Origin: Octopus sinensis
Taxonomy: Eukaryota
Assembly: GCF_006345805.1 (NCBI RefSeq)
Contig: NW_021826199.1
Coordinates: 1 to 36,273 of the forward strand
Direction of reading: 5' to 3'
DNA: 36,273 nt
Shown here piece after piece: positions 35,111-36,273 of the stretch. The notes below the pieces were generated by a model. It saw only the letters and a list, made by a program, of their open reading frames with translations, was not told where the DNA came from and made no database searches. Every line of letters begins with the position of its first letter. Position 1 is the stretch's first letter. The position numbers and the translations under genes were made by a program.

Positions 35111-35227
35111 TGATGATGGTATAACTACAGATTTCTGTCAAACTAAAGTCTTTGACGCGAGCAAAACAAAAAAAAAAGGGTTAATATAAAGCGTTACGCC
35201 TATCAGAGAATCAAAAAAAAAATGTGT

Positions 35228-35690
35228 GTAATAGGTGTAAAACAACTTCCTATGAACGAATATGAAAAAAAAAATGCCCGCACGCGAAAGGGGGGTGGGG
35301 GAGAGGCCTCGGAAAATTCACATCGGGAAGTTCCGAAAGCGTCTGAGGAGCTGACCCGGGCACCAAAACAAAAAAAAAAATGGTGTAATATGTGTAAAAC
35401 AACTTGCTCTAAACGAATATGACTAAAAAAATGCGCTCTCGCGAAAGAGGGGTGGGGGAGAGGCCTCGGGAATTTCCGAAAGCGTCTGAACTGGGCACAA
35501 AAACAGCGTAATAGGTGTAAAACAACTTGCTCTAAACGACTATCATGAAAAAAATGCGCGCTCGCGAAAGGGGGGTGGGGGAGAAGCTTCGGAAATTTCA
35601 CATCTTCAGTCCACGGCCTTTAAACTAAGAAAAAATAGTGTAATTGGTGTAAAACTACTTGTTCTAAACGAGTATCAAGAACACACACTC
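35228..35690. repeat. Three to four diverged ~125-155 bp tandem units downstream of the Merlin transposase
   Basis: 'gtaat.ggtgtaaaacaactt..ct..aacga' at ~35228, 35385, 35508 and 35640. The first three are followed by 'cgcgaaag.ggggtggggga'. Confidence 0.85.
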
Positions 35691-35937
35691 ACACATGAAT
35701 CATAAACTCCGTATTTTTGTACATATTTCGCAAAAAAAAAAATAAATAAAGAGAAGAAATTCTGGAAAAAGTGAAGAAATGTTGGATCTCCGCCATGTGA
35801 ATCAAAATACGTGTCAGAAACATCTTGAAATACTACAGAAATTATGTTACGAAAATGATAATGTATACATACCTCTTTGAGTGGTCCATCGACAGTGATG
35901 ATAAAGAAATGAGATGGGTTGCGTTTGGAGGAAAAAA

Positions 35938-36273
35938 TTATCTCGGGCCAGGATAAAGACTTGCTGCTGCCAATAAGAATACGTGTATTCTCTTGGCAGC
36001 AGGTTTGATGCTGTCCATAAAAAGGAACTTCGCGGGGTATTGTTTTAAGTAACAGGCTCGAATGCCTGGGCGAACAACCGATCTCTTAACTGACCCCCAC
36101 AATCTCTCTATCGTCTGTGTGTGCACCGACGCGTTTGTCGGATCAACAAAGTTTTCACTGTGGTTGATGCGGAAGTGGGTATACCCGAGATTTCCAAGAG
36201 AGTTATACGCAGCCCAAGAATCGCTATATACTACCGACCCTTGGCGTATATATCGGTTGTTTACAAGTGCCAT
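35938..36273 (-). CDS. Merlin-superfamily (IS1595/ISXO2-like DDE) transposase, C-terminal part, runs off the window
   Basis: 'GSVVYSDSWAAYNSL..GYTHFRINHSENFVDP...HTQTIERLWGSVK' carries the second D and the E of the DDE triad. Confidence 0.85.
   Translation of the reverse strand: MALVNNRYIRQGSVVYSDSWAAYNSLGNLGYTHFRINHSENFVDPTNASVHTQTIERLWGSVKRSVVRPGIRACYLKQYPAKFLFMDSIKPAAKRIHVFLLAAASLYPGPR

Noticed and set aside
35938-36273. Bacterial IS1595 contamination or recent bacterial transfer
   Set aside because: It is embedded in eukaryotic repeats and ZNF cassette sequence, and eukaryotic Merlin elements explain the similarity.

Overview
This is eukaryotic genomic DNA, most likely from an octopus or another coleoid cephalopod. 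The assignment is inferred from the '[13 protein letters not shown]'-type C2H2 zinc-finger arrays, the SINE families and the AT/GT microsatellite load, not from a database search. Most of the window is transposable-element debris: two decayed CR1-group LINEs with CCCH-finger ORF1s (0.56-4.6 kb and 9.7-13.4 kb, minus), a near-full-length RTE LINE (19.1-23.1 kb, plus), other RTE/BovB-like fragments, a 5'-truncated R4/Dong-type element inside a TAA microsatellite, mariner and Tigger ends, a Merlin (IS1595-like) transposase with a Merlin-type MITE, and many tRNA-derived SINEs. Host content is a tandem array of C2H2 zinc-finger gene cassettes (23-36 kb, plus) and two phase-1 exons of an Ig-like-domain gene on the minus strand (16361-16609, 18687-18725). 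The small exon is not visible in the ORF track. The most notable signals are a minimal type I hammerhead ribozyme motif (14081-14158, minus), a PHD finger inside the RTE reverse transcriptase, a ~2.7 kb imperfect palindrome (6.9-9.6 kb), and the atypical Ig-like gene. Nearly all long ORFs rich in I/Y/C/V/H/T are microsatellite artefacts. All alignments were done by eye, so element boundaries are approximate unless a motif is quoted.
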